Source: Paecilomyces variotii
Lineage: Eukaryota
Direction: 5' to 3' (one strand)
Length of the DNA stretch: 64,000 nt
NCBI GenBank assembly: GCA_004022145.1
Contig: RCNU01000013.1
The translations under genes were made by a program, and so were the position numbers. Below the pieces are notes generated by a model. The model was not told the origin of the DNA. It ran no database searches and saw only the letters and a list, made by a program, of their open reading frames with translations. This document shows, in pieces, positions 1 to 12,380 of the stretch. Every line of letters begins with the position of its first letter. The first letter of the stretch is position 1.

Positions 1-501
1 CTCATTGTTTGCTGAGCGCCCATTCGTTTGTCTCATATTCATTCACTTGTTGTGTTGCCAGCAGTTTTGACTGGCTGCTGTTCATACACTTTCGCTCTTT
101 CCCTGCGCTTTGTTTGCGCGCTGAACTTCCTCGAGGAGTACTCCTACAGAAGTACAACACAAGGAACATATCACATCTGCTCTCTTGCAAAGAACATATT
201 CACACTGTCGTTTTCTATTGTCACCTACATTCTTTGTCTTTCTGTACTTACCTATACCCTCTTTCGCAGGCGACTCCCTCCTTCATTTCCCTGCTCGCTT
301 ATCAGTACGCTGCTTCCCTCAGCGCAACTGATCAACCAAGTGAGCGCAAGAGTATATTTCGAGTCTCCAGTGCTGGTTGCTGCAGACAACGCGTGAAAAC
401 GTCAACATTGGAAGCATCTGTTTTTCTGCTTGTTCGATTTCCAATCTCGCATCTTCCGTTTGAGTGGAATCATCTTGACGATGGCTATTCTTCAGTCCAC
501 C

Positions 502-3454
502 ATGCTGTTTATTGTGCATATTCTCCTCCTGCTGGGGCTTTCTACCTTCCTGGTGGACGCTGCTCCCATGCCGCAGGCCAGCGCATCCGCTGCGACATCC
601 GACTTCTGGGTTTCCACGATCAAGCGCCAGGGTACTACTCCCTTCGGACAGAGTAACTACCAGGTGTACCGCAACGTGAAGGACTTTGGTGCTAAGGGTA
701 AGACTCATTTTCCATGTATTCACTGTACAAACTGACAGGCCATTAGGTGATGGCTCCACTGATGACACCGATGCCATTAACAAGGCTATCTCGTCTGGCA
801 ACCGCTGTGGAGAAAACTGCGACTCGTCCACTGTTACTCCTGCTCTGGTTTACTTCCCACCCGGTACCTACGTTGTCTCCAAGCCCATCATCGAGTACTA
901 CTACACGCAGATGGTTGGTGATGCGCTCGATGTTCCCACTCTGAAGGCCGCTCCTGGATTCCAGGGTATTGCTGTTATCGACGCCGACCCTTACAACAAT
1001 GACGGTTCCAACTGGTACACCAACCAGAACAACTTCTTCCGCTCTGTTCGCAACTTCGTTATCGATCTCACGGCTATGCCTCAGGGCTCGGGAGCCGGTA
1101 TCCACTGGCAGGTTGCTCAGGCTTCCAGCCTGCAGAACATTCGCTTCGAGATGGTCAAGGGAGGCGGTGATGCCAACAAGCAGATGGGTATCTTCATGGA
1201 CAACGGTTCCGGTGGCTTCATGACCGACCTGACTTTCAACGGTGGAAACTACGGCATGTTCTTGGGCAACCAGCAGTTCACCACCCGCAACATGACCTTC
1301 AACGACTGCAACACGGCCATCTTCATGAACTGGAACTGGCTGTGGACCTTCAAGTCTCTCAACATCAACAACTGCCAGGTTGGTCTCAACATGTCGAACT
1401 CGCCCCAGAACCAGACTGTCGGATCGGTCTTGATCGCGGACAGCAAGCTCACCAACACCCCCAAGGGAGTGATCACTGCTTTCACAACCGACAGCATCCC
1501 TATCGGCGGTGGTGCCTTGGTTCTCAACAACGTTGACTTCACTGGTTCCACTGTTGCTGTTGCTGGGCTTTCTGGCAACACTATCCTTGCTGGTGGCTCT
1601 GTCATCGACTCTTGGATGCAGGGTAACACGTATACACCCCAAGACGCTCAGCTGTCGATCTCTCTCAAGGCTAGAGCCGAGCCCCCCAAGGTGCGACGTG
1701 ATGTTTGTATCGCCCGTCCTCCGCCATCCGCTCAACCCCCTGCTCCTGAGTCTGAAGCTCCTGCTCCTGCCCCTGCTTCTACCCAAGCTCCGGCTCCAGC
1801 CGCTCCAGCTCCAGCTTCTTCTGAAGCGCCAGCTGCTCAGCCGTCAGTCGCTGTGTCTCAAGCACCAGCCCCAGTTTCTGTTCAGACATCTGCGGCTCAA
1901 GCTCCTGCTCCTGTTTCTTCTGCCATGTCTCAGGTCCCCGCCGCTCAGCCTGCGTCTTCCTCTTCTGCCTCTCCCGCAGCCCAGAGCCAGCAGCCTGCCG
2001 AGGGCTCCGCCTCGGGAGCAGCCAGCACGAGCGCAGCAGCCTCCGCTTCTGGCTCTGCTATTCCCTCTGAGGAGCCCAAGATCGGCATTTCTCTCTCCCT
2101 TGGTCTTGGTGGCGGATCATCTACACCAACGGCTGCTCCAAGTGTTCCCGCCCTTTCATCTATCCTGCCTATCCCCACTGCTAGCAGCACCACCAACGCT
2201 GGTCAGTGCGCTGCTTCGCCTGTCGTGAAGTCTCGATCGCAAGCCAAGGTGTCCACTTCACAGTTCCCCAAGGAACTTCTTGACAGCCAGGGCAATGTGT
2301 TCGAGCGCTCCAAACCTCAGTACGAGACCGTTCCCGCTTCCTCCTTCGTCAGTGTCAAGTCTGCTGGCGCCAAGGGTGATGGCAGCACCGATGACACGGC
2401 CGCTATCCAGAAGGTTTTGGACAGTGCAACAGAGGACCAGATCGTTTACTTCGACCATGGTAACTACATCATCACCTCGACCCTGAAGGTCCCCAAGAAC
2501 ATCAAGATCACCGGTGAGATCTGGCCTGTCCTGATGGCATCTGGCAAGGCCTTCTCCGACGAGAAGAACCCGATCCCCATGATCCAAGTTGGTCAGGCCG
2601 GCGATGTTGGTTCGGTGGAGCTTTCTGATCTCGTCATTTCGACTAAGGGCCCTGCTCCTGGTGCTATCCTGATGGAGTGGAATGTGAAGCAGGCCACTCA
2701 GGGATCTGCAGGCATGTGGGATGTTCACTTCCGTGTTGGTGGCACCGCTGGCACTGAGCTTCAGGACAACAAGTGCGCAAAGGACCCCAAGTCTACCGTT
2801 ACGCCCAATCCTGAGTGCTTCGGTGCCTTCATGCTGATGCACGTCACCAAGGATGCTACTCTGTACAACGAGAACAGCTGGTACTGGGTCAGTGACCACG
2901 ACCTTGACAGCTCCAGCCACAACCAGGTCAGCATCTTCAACGGCCGTGGTGTCTTGCTGGAGAACCAAGGTCCTGTCTGGATGTACGGTACCGCTTCGGA
3001 GCACAGCCAGTTGTACAACTACCAGATCGCCAACGCTAAGAACGTCTACATGGCTCTGATCCAGACGGAGACGCCGTACTACCAGAGCAACCCTAACGCG
3101 TTGACGCCTTTCACCCCCCAGACGTCCTGGAACGACCCGGATTTCTCCACATGCACGACTAACTCCTGCCGCAAGGCCTGGGGTGTGCGCGTCTTCGGGT
3201 CTTCTGACATCCACGTCTTTGGCGCTGGTATTTACAGCTTCTTTGACAACTACGGCCAGACCTGTCTGGCTGGCGAGTCCTGCCAGGAGAACATTGTCCA
3301 GGTTGACTGCTCCGACGTGCACTTTTACGGGTTGAGCACCAAGGCTAGCACCAACATGGTGACTTCCTCGAGCGGTAAAGCTCTTGTCCCGCAAATCGAA
3401 AACGTGAGCAACTTCTGCTCAACCATTGCGCTATTCCAGCAGTCAGCGCAGTGA
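502..3454 (+). CDS. exg0: Secreted GH55 exo-1,3-beta-glucanase (two beta-helix domains, S/A/P-rich linker); intron 698-746
   Basis: Signal peptide MLFIVHILLLLGLSTFLVDA; YRNVKDFGAKG|DGSTDDT motif repeated as SVKSAGAKGDGSTDDT; NQNNFFR, IHWQVAQA, MWDVHFR, IQTETPYYQ GH55 motifs. An in-frame upstream ATG at 481 is an alternative start. Confidence 0.95.
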
Positions 3455-4510
3455 ATGACCAGCAGCCGCTGCTCCAATTCTCGCATCTTTGATATTTTCG
3501 TTTCTTCCTCCATGAGCACTGAGCGTATTTCCCTGCTTCGTGTGCCGTTGTAGAGCACCATGTTTATTATTATTATTATGTCTTTGCCCCCTTTTTCCAC
3601 TGGTACATATTACAAGGACTGTTCTCTTGTGGTTTTTCTCATGCGACAAGAAGAGTCACATTTTGTGCATTTTGCGGATCAAAGCCTTTGTTCCCCGGGT
3701 TTTAGCAGGTTATCGATTCGATGGGAAACCCCATTCAAGGAGGGTACAAGATACTAGAGATCAAGCCATCATTGGGGAGGGAATAGAATGGGACAGCATT
3801 GGATCGGATTGAGCCTGTACGAATGCGCCCTTGCATGTATGTAGGTAGCCTAATTAGGTAGATAGCGAAAAAAGAACCAGCCTTTTTCAGCGTGGAACAG
3901 CTCTTGATAGAATTATTTTGGCAGTATTGGCTATTATTGTAAGAACAGGATTTCTGAGAGTAACTTAACCGTGTCAAGTTCAACCTTACTGTTGATTCAG
4001 ACGTCTGAAGAATACTTGAACTACCTAACGTTGAGAAATGAGAAGTAGCCGAACGATCGAACCTACGTCGATACAGTAGTTAATACCTCATCTCAACAAA
4101 CTCCCATCCACTTCTCCTATGTCCGTTTAGGCAAAATGCCATACTCTATACTTCCTAGAAAATAAAATACATAGCCCTTAATAACTAAACTACGGAGAAT
4201 CTTCGATGCCAGGTCATATATTCGGGGGGTTTTGTGGCAGGAAAAAGGGGAAGTTTTATTGATCTTTAGTCTGCTTCTAATGCTTACGATATATTCTATC
4301 TGAGACAACGATATCTCAAGGCAATTTCATTTCATTTACTGAGTCCGAGAGTATTTGATAGAGCTTTCTGGAAAATGCTGCTGTCGGAGTTTGTTTGGAA
4401 GTTTGTCGTTTTTGGCGAGCGTGAATTAATCCATTTCCGAAGAACTCGCTTCTCTGGCGCTCTCGCGACGGAAATGACTGTAGATTTCATGAGTTAGCAT
4501 GCTGTGATGG

Positions 4511-5225
4511 TTACTTTGTCGTAAATTCCATAAATGAGATACTGCCGGATGCGTGACCCAGAACTAAGGTATCGTTTCCAACGGTACTCTGGAGGAAGCC
4601 ATAGGCTTCCTCCTGACGTGTCTAGCAGGAATTCCTCTTGATACTGATCTGAATATGAATCAAAAGCCGCTCCATCGGCGATCGGCAATGTGGCCAAATC
4701 TGTCTTCTGGTCTATATGATCCGTCAAGGCCCTATATCAGAATATCATTATTATTCTCATTACCTGAAGAAACGGCGCGGAGACGACTGACGTTTGGTCA
4801 ACCTGTAGAGCCAGAATGAAGAGCCGCTTATGCCTCTCAATAGTATTGATAGCGTTTTCCACATCTCTCTTTGTTAAGGGCCATTTTATCGTCCGGAACC
4901 AGAATTGTCTCATACGATTTGCCTTCTTTCTGTCGTCGCTTCCCCCATAGGCAAGTTTTGCCTCCAATGCTTCGAGGTCGTAGCGACAGTCAGAAATCGA
5001 AGAAACCAGCTCCTGTGTGGCCAGGAGCTTCTGGCTGTTTGGGCCATACGCGATGTGCGCAAGCCTTTGAAGCACAGCGTGGCAATCTTTGACTGCTTTT
5101 TGAAGGTCGTTGATGTCCTTTTTGGCATTTCTCATAGTGTTAATGCATCCTCCACATATATCGATGATGCCTCCTGCGATTTGTATCACCGCAATGACAC
5201 TAGAAGCAGCACCGAGTGCCTCCAT
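4511..5225 (-). pseudogene. Relic of a NACHT-WD40 (NWD/HET-E-like) NLR gene: N-terminal helical domain fused to the extreme C-terminal tail; NACHT and WD repeats missing; intron 4732-4791
   Basis: MEALGAASSVIAVIQIA...IKWPLTKRDV...LALQVDQT is a typical fungal STAND N-terminal domain; LPIADGAAFDSY is the pre-NACHT linker; LWLPPEYR follows directly, then (frameshifted) NDTLVLGHASGSISFMEFTTK*, the usual NWD C-terminus. Confidence 0.8.
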
Positions 5226-5814
5226 CCCGCCGCATAACAAGCTCCTGCTTGTAGCGGTTATGGCACAGAGGAACAATTTCAGATATGGCAATGGTCAGTA
5301 TTTCGGGAGCAGAAAATCTGCTTGAGATACAGTCCTCATTACGACCCACGAAAATAGATGAGGTTGTGTAGTGGGCAAGGCGGGGGGGTGCACCTAGGTA
5401 CTACCGCTCCACGCTTTCCGATGAGACGGGAAATTCCCGTTCTTTAGTGGAACTTGCGACTACCACTAATGGAGAGCCGCTGCAATTGTATATTGGCGTG
5501 CAATACGTGGGCTGAGAGGGAAAAGGGGGTGCTCGTGGTTCAAAGATCATGCTTTTGAACCACGATGACTTTTTTCGGTCGGCGTCTAGGTACTGTACTG
5601 CACTGTACTGCACTATGAAGGGGACCGCTGAAATTGGCAGCCAACAGTTATCCTTACAACCCTGGTCATAACAGACGATTCCGGGTCTCTCCAGTTAGTA
5701 TTAGCCGGCTGAGCTGCACAGTCGCTGACGGGGGAGTCAGAAGTGAGTGTAAGTCCCTCACAGGTTGCTCCGTACAATGTTTATGGCTGTACGTTGTCCA
5801 AGATAGAAGAGCCC

Positions 5815-7170
5815 CTAGAGATCAACAAGCTCATCAATGCTGAAATTGTTAGTTAGGGTTCTCTCGCTTGCCTGCCGCAGCTTTTTTTGAACAAAATCGT
5901 CGAGGTTCGTTCGTTCGTCTTCACACAAGAGACATATGCGATCCTCGATTGAAGTAAAAGACCCATGGTACATAGGATCGATGAAGGACCAGTAGATCTC
6001 ATCAAACATAGAGCTATGTCTCATAGCGAGACATATCCAAAATAATCCATTTTCCATCGAGGCCTCCATTCCCTCTGACAGACGCTGTGATTCGGTTAAT
6101 GAACCATTGTGAATTTTTTTATTCTCAGTCTCTCGAAGAGCCTCGAGAAAAACCCGAAACTTTGGGAGGTATCGCGCCAAAAGGCTGTCAAGGTCCCATT
6201 CCTCTGGCCGCTCCAGCAATAACCACCATGGTGCAGTATATGAAAACTCGACTGGGGCAGCATATGTAAATTCCCAATCAATTACTCCAGTGACAATCGC
6301 TTGGGCGGAGTGAATAAATATATTTTCAGGACGAAAATCATCGCAAAAGAGTCTGAAAGGACCCTTGCAATGTTTTTTGGATACTTCTCGTGAAATTTTG
6401 ATAAAAAGACGGCGAGCCACGTATTTTTTCCGGCAATCGGCTTCGTCTGTGACTGCGTCATTCTGTTGAAACTCGAGATGATAGAAATGTTGTTTCGCGA
6501 GTTCTTCAAAGTAGTCAGCCGCATTTGTGAAGCGTTGTTTGGCAAATACTCCAGGCGGAATATTGGAGAATTGGGTAAGTCGGTTCATGTTGAAGGTGAG
6601 GGGTCTCTTTTGTACAACCCATGTGCCTGAATCGTCCTGTCCTATCGCGCCAATATATGGAAAAGCCGGTTTTGACAATTCAAGCATGATCTCTGCTATA
6701 CCAGAGTAGGCCCTCTTCAGAAGGGACAGAGGAATCTGGGGATTCAGACTAATCATTTCTTGCTTCGGGTCCCGCAGGTAATCAGATAGCGGGTTTCCTT
6801 CAACAAGGGTCATGACGATATAGGGGCCGACTGCACATTTTCCGTGGCCTAATACTCTGGGAATAGGGATTGTTGTATGCTGAGCAAGGTAATTCATTAT
6901 CGATACCTCATCCTCAACCTTTTCATTGCGGAAGGTAACCCGACCGAGAGCAGCAAACCGAACAATAACGCGATAGCCGTCTTCGTAGGTAACCCGATAG
7001 CAGACATTAAAGGCACCGTTGAAGGGTTGTGATGCAGAGACCGGAGTGCCCTGCCGGTGTTTGGCAGCAAGTTTACCAGCCAACTGCTCTGGGGAATTCC
7101 CAATCAAGTTCTGCAACCATATCCTGAAAAAACGGTCCGATTGTTGTTCAGCAAGGGTGTCAACGTCCAT
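5815..7170 (-). CDS. Aminoglycoside-phosphotransferase (APH)/kinase-like family protein, intronless
   Basis: 451-aa ORF; GAFNVCY, EKVEDEV, IPIPRVLG, LFCDDFRPENI and GVIDWEF motifs. Confidence 0.88.
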   Translation of the reverse strand: MDVDTLAEQQSDRFFRIWLQNLIGNSPEQLAGKLAAKHRQGTPVSASQPFNGAFNVCYRVTYEDGYRVIVRFAALGRVTFRNEKVEDEVSIMNYLAQHTTIPIPRVLGHGKCAVGPYIVMTLVEGNPLSDYLRDPKQEMISLNPQIPLSLLKRAYSGIAEIMLELSKPAFPYIGAIGQDDSGTWVVQKRPLTFNMNRLTQFSNIPPGVFAKQRFTNAADYFEELAKQHFYHLEFQQNDAVTDEADCRKKYVARRLFIKISREVSKKHCKGPFRLFCDDFRPENIFIHSAQAIVTGVIDWEFTYAAPVEFSYTAPWWLLLERPEEWDLDSLLARYLPKFRVFLEALRETENKKIHNGSLTESQRLSEGMEASMENGLFWICLAMRHSSMFDEIYWSFIDPMYHGSFTSIEDRICLLCEDERTNLDDFVQKKLRQASERTLTNNFSIDELVDL

Positions 7171-7846
7171 TATGAGAGCGAATAGAGCGTTATATTCTTA
7201 GATAGGATGGATAAAAGGAGAGGATGGAGGTGAGTGATAATAATAATGAGTAGTGAAACAGGTTGAAATAAGTCGTGGCACCAATAGGAAGGCGGCTGGT
7301 ATCCCTGCACAACTGGCCGTGGTCTAACCGAATATATCATTGGCGTACATTACTACAAGAGATTCATAACTATCTAGTGATCCTAGAGTAGTTACTGTTT
7401 GCGCTGGATATCCTCACCTCTAGGTGTCAAGATGTCTATGTCTGGGTCCCTCACGCCAAGAGCGTTAGTACGAGAAATCATAAAACACGGTCAAGAAATA
7501 GCCTTGTCTTCCGGAGAAAACCGGACTGTTCGCTCACTCCCTATCACTACAATACTTAGCCAAGAGGAGACCGAAGACATAGATACTTATTGCCAAGTAT
7601 AAAACTGTCGCACGAGGTTGAACAGCCAAATCGGACCGAACAGCCAAGAGGGCCAAGACTCGCGTGACATACAGAAATCGGGATATTGGCTTGGTATGGA
7701 GCTCGCTACCGATGAATGATGAAAGGCCGGATTCGGAAAATCCGCCACTTCGATGATGGATAGCTTTAAGGTACGTGATATCATGGAGAGCTGCCATTTC
7801 AACGTCAACCTGGCGCGCTCCAAAGTAGTGGTGTCTCTTTTTTATG

Positions 7847-9883
7847 ATGGCTGGTGGTTTTCTTCCGTACCATGAGCCTAGCAGTAAGTATATACATAAC
7901 CAGCTCATTGTTCCGAGCAGCAATTCTATTAATGAGCATCGTCTCGGGAATTGGCTACTTCCCAGGTCGATTATGTATCGATTGGATACATAATCCTCCC
8001 TGCATCCACTCTAGGATTTTCTTTTTGCTCGATGGCTGACTTGATCGCACCGCAGTTGTCAAAATCCTGGTTCTTGTATCTTTCTTCTTCTTCCTGTCCT
8101 TAGCAGAATGGCTCTCTGCAAAGATCATCCGTGCGGGAATCATCGGCCAGATGGCCGTTGGGATCATATACGGTGTACCATTGGCCAATATTCTTGATAT
8201 GCATTGGCAGGAGACATTCCTCGCATTGGGATATATCGGCTTGATATTGATCATATTCCAGGGTATGCGAACATTTCCTTCTCGACGCTACGGAATTATT
8301 GAGAGAGACGTTGCTGATGTAGAGATTGGTGTTAGGTGGTCTCGAAGCACGACTGGATCTACTTCGGAAGAATTTACTGCTCAGCACGCTCGGGGCTGCC
8401 ACTGGTGTCTGTTTCCCCATTGGTCTTTCGTACCTCTTGCTTTATCTGGGATTTGGATATGGTGAGTTTTTTTCCCATTTTTGTTGCAATCTCAGTGATG
8501 TTCACGTTTCTAACAAATTCTGTACAGGGGCGGTGGAGACGTTTATTATTGGGGCCGCTCTGTCTGCGACCTCTTTAGGTAAGAATGCAGTTCAACATGC
8601 TGTATTCATATGTCCTGACATGGAGCTTAGGGACCACATTTGCTGTCATCTCATCGGCATCCAAATCAGTCGATCTCTCCCAGACAAGAGTTGGTTCAGT
8701 CCTCGTCAGCGCTGCTGTCATTGACGACGTTGTCGGCCTTGTGATGGCCAGGTGAGCACATTCCATGTAGAAAACCGTACCGGTTGTAGTTCGACCTAGC
8801 ATTAACGTATGACAAGTACAATCGGAGACCTTGGTGAGCTCTCAGGCCCCAATTCCGGCCATGCCAATCTCGGCTGGATAATCGGTCGTCCGATCACAGC
8901 TTCGATTGTCATGGCCATTGTCACTCCGATAGTCACGAAATATTTCTTCGCGCCTGTTTTCCGACGCTATATCGAACACGCATTTGCTCGCTATGATCAT
9001 ATTTCCAATATCGTACTTATGACTTTGGTCTTATCGGCTTTCATCAGCATCGCTGCGTTTACAGGGACATCGGTCCTGTTCGGCGCATTCCTTGCAGGAA
9101 CTTTCCTCACGTATCTACCGAGCAAGCATCCGGAGGGTCCCTTCGTGGTGATGAGTCGGGAAGAAGGGGAGAGGGAGGCGGACAAGAGTCCCACATTCGT
9201 GCACACATTTGAAGCCTATCTGCTCGATGTGCAGAAGTACTTAATGGAACCGCTTTTCTTTGCTAGTATTGGATTTGCCATTCCATTCGTGCAGCTGTGG
9301 ACGGGAAAGCGAATCTGGAGAGGTATCGTTTTTACTCTTCTCATGGTGTTTGCCAAAGTGAGTGAGATTGATGATTTGCTGTTTTCTAGCAATAAACAGT
9401 ATAATGTACCCACTAACAAATTTCTAGTTCATCGTCGGGATCTGGATTCCAATATGGACCAGCTTCTCTCGCAGGTCATCCAAAAAGACCCAATATCCAA
9501 TCGACGGGCCTGATGAATCAGGCCAAGAAACAGATGGGGCTATCACCACCACCACCAACAACAACAAGAAGAAGGAGAATAAAGCAGAAGAGGGAAACAG
9601 CAAAAGAAAGATGTGGACCTCCGGCTTACTTCTCGGTTCTGCAATGGTCGCTCGCGGAGAGATCGGCCTCTTAATCATCGAAATCGGATACAACGAGACA
9701 CAATACGTTAGCGAAGATGGATTCATCACCGGAGTGTGGGCAATCGTACTGAACACCATCATCGGTCCGATCTGTGTCGGTCTCCTGGTGAAGTTCTACG
9801 GTGAGCAGATTGCGAAGAGTATGTGGGGGTTGCAGAAAGCAGAAGGTCTACCGGATAGATCGCAGCATGATACTATCGTTTAG
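7847..9883 (+). CDS. Cation/H+ antiporter (CPA2/KHA-like), multi-exon
   Basis: Exon 1 MAGGFLPYHEPS (donor 7884, acceptor 8055); many TM helices; AAVIDDVVGL, LFGAFLAG, PLFFASIGF and AMVARGEIG motifs. Confidence 0.9.
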
Positions 9884-10703
9884 ATCGGGGGAAGGTATAT
9901 AGTGTCGAGAAAAGCAAAGTAGCAACGTACATATATGGCATTAAGATGATGATGACCAGAAATTACGTCTTATGATCAATAGATCCTCATCACTCATACT
10001 ACAGGGTAATATAAGTTACTGTTTCCTCTTTCGGGTCATACTCACTAGTGAACCATTCGAGTTTTCGGTTCTTGCGTAATCAACAGCTAAGCACTACGCT
10101 ACCATAAGCTCTCACATTTGCCATCTTCCAAAAAGACGCCAGACGGGAAATTTCACAAGAATGGAAAGTAAATTCCCGTCTATTTTTCCAATTATCATGG
10201 GTAAACCCCTGCTGTGATCTAGACCCTTCCCAACCGCGGGGTAATGCAATGCAACATATCCAACCAACCAGCCTATCTATATAACCACCAACTCCGCTGC
10301 AGAACGCTTAGACATCATGCATGATATGGATTACATGCAGACCTGGCGCTTACTGGGCTTGGATATATCACGAGGTTCTAAAAGATCCATTAATCACATA
10401 TAAGAAGATTGGTAAGCATTTTCTGGATCGGTTGTACTTAAAAGGCTAAATCTAATATGGTTTTTTATCTCAAGCCGAGCTCGAAGAAGCTTCTTGATGT
10501 AGTATCTCACCTCATACAGATATGATATCGAACACTCGCGTGTGCAAGGGATATTATACATAAACGCGTTATCTCCTTAGCAGAAGTATCGATATACTTT
10601 TTGATTACATACATCCAGGTATTTCTTTTTCACGCAGAAGGATTTATATATAGGTAACCTTCGTTTTTACACCATCACCTTTGCAAGTAAGACACCGAAC
10701 CAA

Positions 10704-12157
10704 ATGATCGACTTCACACTTACCCCCTCCCAACGGGAACTACAACAATCCACACGTACCTTCGCTCAAACGCACCTCTCTACCGCACCATCCCTCTACT
10801 CCTCTCACGGCGATCAACGATCGCGCTTCGAATCCATCCTCCCTCTATACCGCCGCGCCGTGTGCTCTGGTCTCATCAAGGCCCAAATCCCCATACCATT
10901 CGGTGGGACGAACGCTAGTCTTATCGATGCTGCGATCCAGCTCGAGGAACTCTACGCCGTCGAGACGAGTGTGAGTTTAACTATTTTTGCGAATGGGTTG
11001 GGATTAACCCCGTTGATATTGGCCGGGAGCGAGGAGCAGAGGGGAAAGTTTCTAGAGCCGTTTTTGAGGGAGGATGGGGAGCCGTTGGCGAGTTTGATGC
11101 ATTCGGAGCCTGAGGGGACGGCGAATTGGTTAGAGAAGGGGGGAAAGGGGTTGCAGACGACGGCGAGGAGGGAGGATGGTGGGGATGGGTGGGTGATTAA
11201 TGGGGAGAAGGTGGGTTGTTCTGTTTGAATATATTTACATCTCTCTGGAGATGCATGTATCAGTATGAGACTAACTATCACCAGCTGTGGACAACCAATA
11301 GCAGCGGTTGGGATGGAAAAGGCGCCGATCTCCAATGCGTCGTATGTCGATATTCACCAGATGGAAGCCCTCAGGACCCTTCCGCCGATCCAGCATCTTC
11401 TATCCTTATCCTCATCGTCACCCGTGAAGTCATTGCGCAGAATCCTCCGACCGCATATACAATCCTTTCTGAACCCGAACTAGCCGGCCACGTCGCTGTG
11501 ACGAATCCTCACACGCGCTTTACCAACTTTCGCGTCCCCGAATCGCATCTGCTCTGTCCACCCGGGACTGGCGCTGCGGTGGTGGAACAAGCATTCACAT
11601 CCTCCGCAGCTCTAGTTGGCGCGATGGCAGTGGGATTGATGAGAGCCGCATTCGAAGCTGCGTTGAAGTTCGCGAAGGAAGATTCTCGCGGGGGCGCAAA
11701 CCCGATTATTTATCACCAGAGCGTTGCTGATCTCCTCATGGATATGAAGATGAAAGCGGACTCGACGAGGCTTGTTACTTGGAAAGCACTGCATTGTCTA
11801 CAGAGTAGTGGGCCAGAGGTGGATTTCAATGCAAGATTTGAAGGGTGCTTGCAGGCGAAGATTTTTGGATCGGAAGCGGCGGTGCAGTGTGTGATGGATG
11901 GGATGAAGGTTGTAGGGATGTAAGTATCCTCTCTTTTTGGCTGATGTTGTCTTGAAAAGAGTGTCTGGTGGATATTACAACTGACGTGAATGCAAAGGAC
12001 GTCGTATAATAAGGATCAACCGTTTTCACGGTTGCTCAATGATGCTATATGTCTGCCCTTGTTTGATGGTGGTAATGTAGGTATTCGACGACGGCAGATG
12101 GAGAAGATATTCCAGGATGAGCAGTATAAGCCATGGGTGGCAACTTACGGCGCATGA
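10704..12157 (+). CDS. Nitroalkane oxidase (acyl-CoA dehydrogenase fold); introns 11211-11284 and 11920-11997
   Basis: MIDFTL..Q, GLIKAQIP, GEPLASLMHSEPEGTANWLEKGG, SSGWDGKGADL and C-terminal LPLFDGGNVGIRRRQ match Fusarium NAO as recalled, including the catalytic Asp. Confidence 0.9.
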
Positions 12158-12380
12158 TGGTACGAGTATAGAACATAGTTCTAATACTTACGTTGAGGCC
12201 GTATAAGCTTACAAGGTATATGTGAAGTTTGATTCTATGATATCACATGAATAATATTATGGTATAAAACCTCTAGGGGATGTTAATCTAAGGGACATAC
12301 CTGCAATAAGTCGCCTAACTTCACGTCTAATGAATCCTATACCCTGCTGATGACCGCGATATACAAAGAAAGAAACGCAC

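Noticed and set aside
743-3394. Long antisense ORFs (347 and 378 aa) over the GH55 gene
   Set aside because: Shadow ORFs caused by codon bias of the sense gene.
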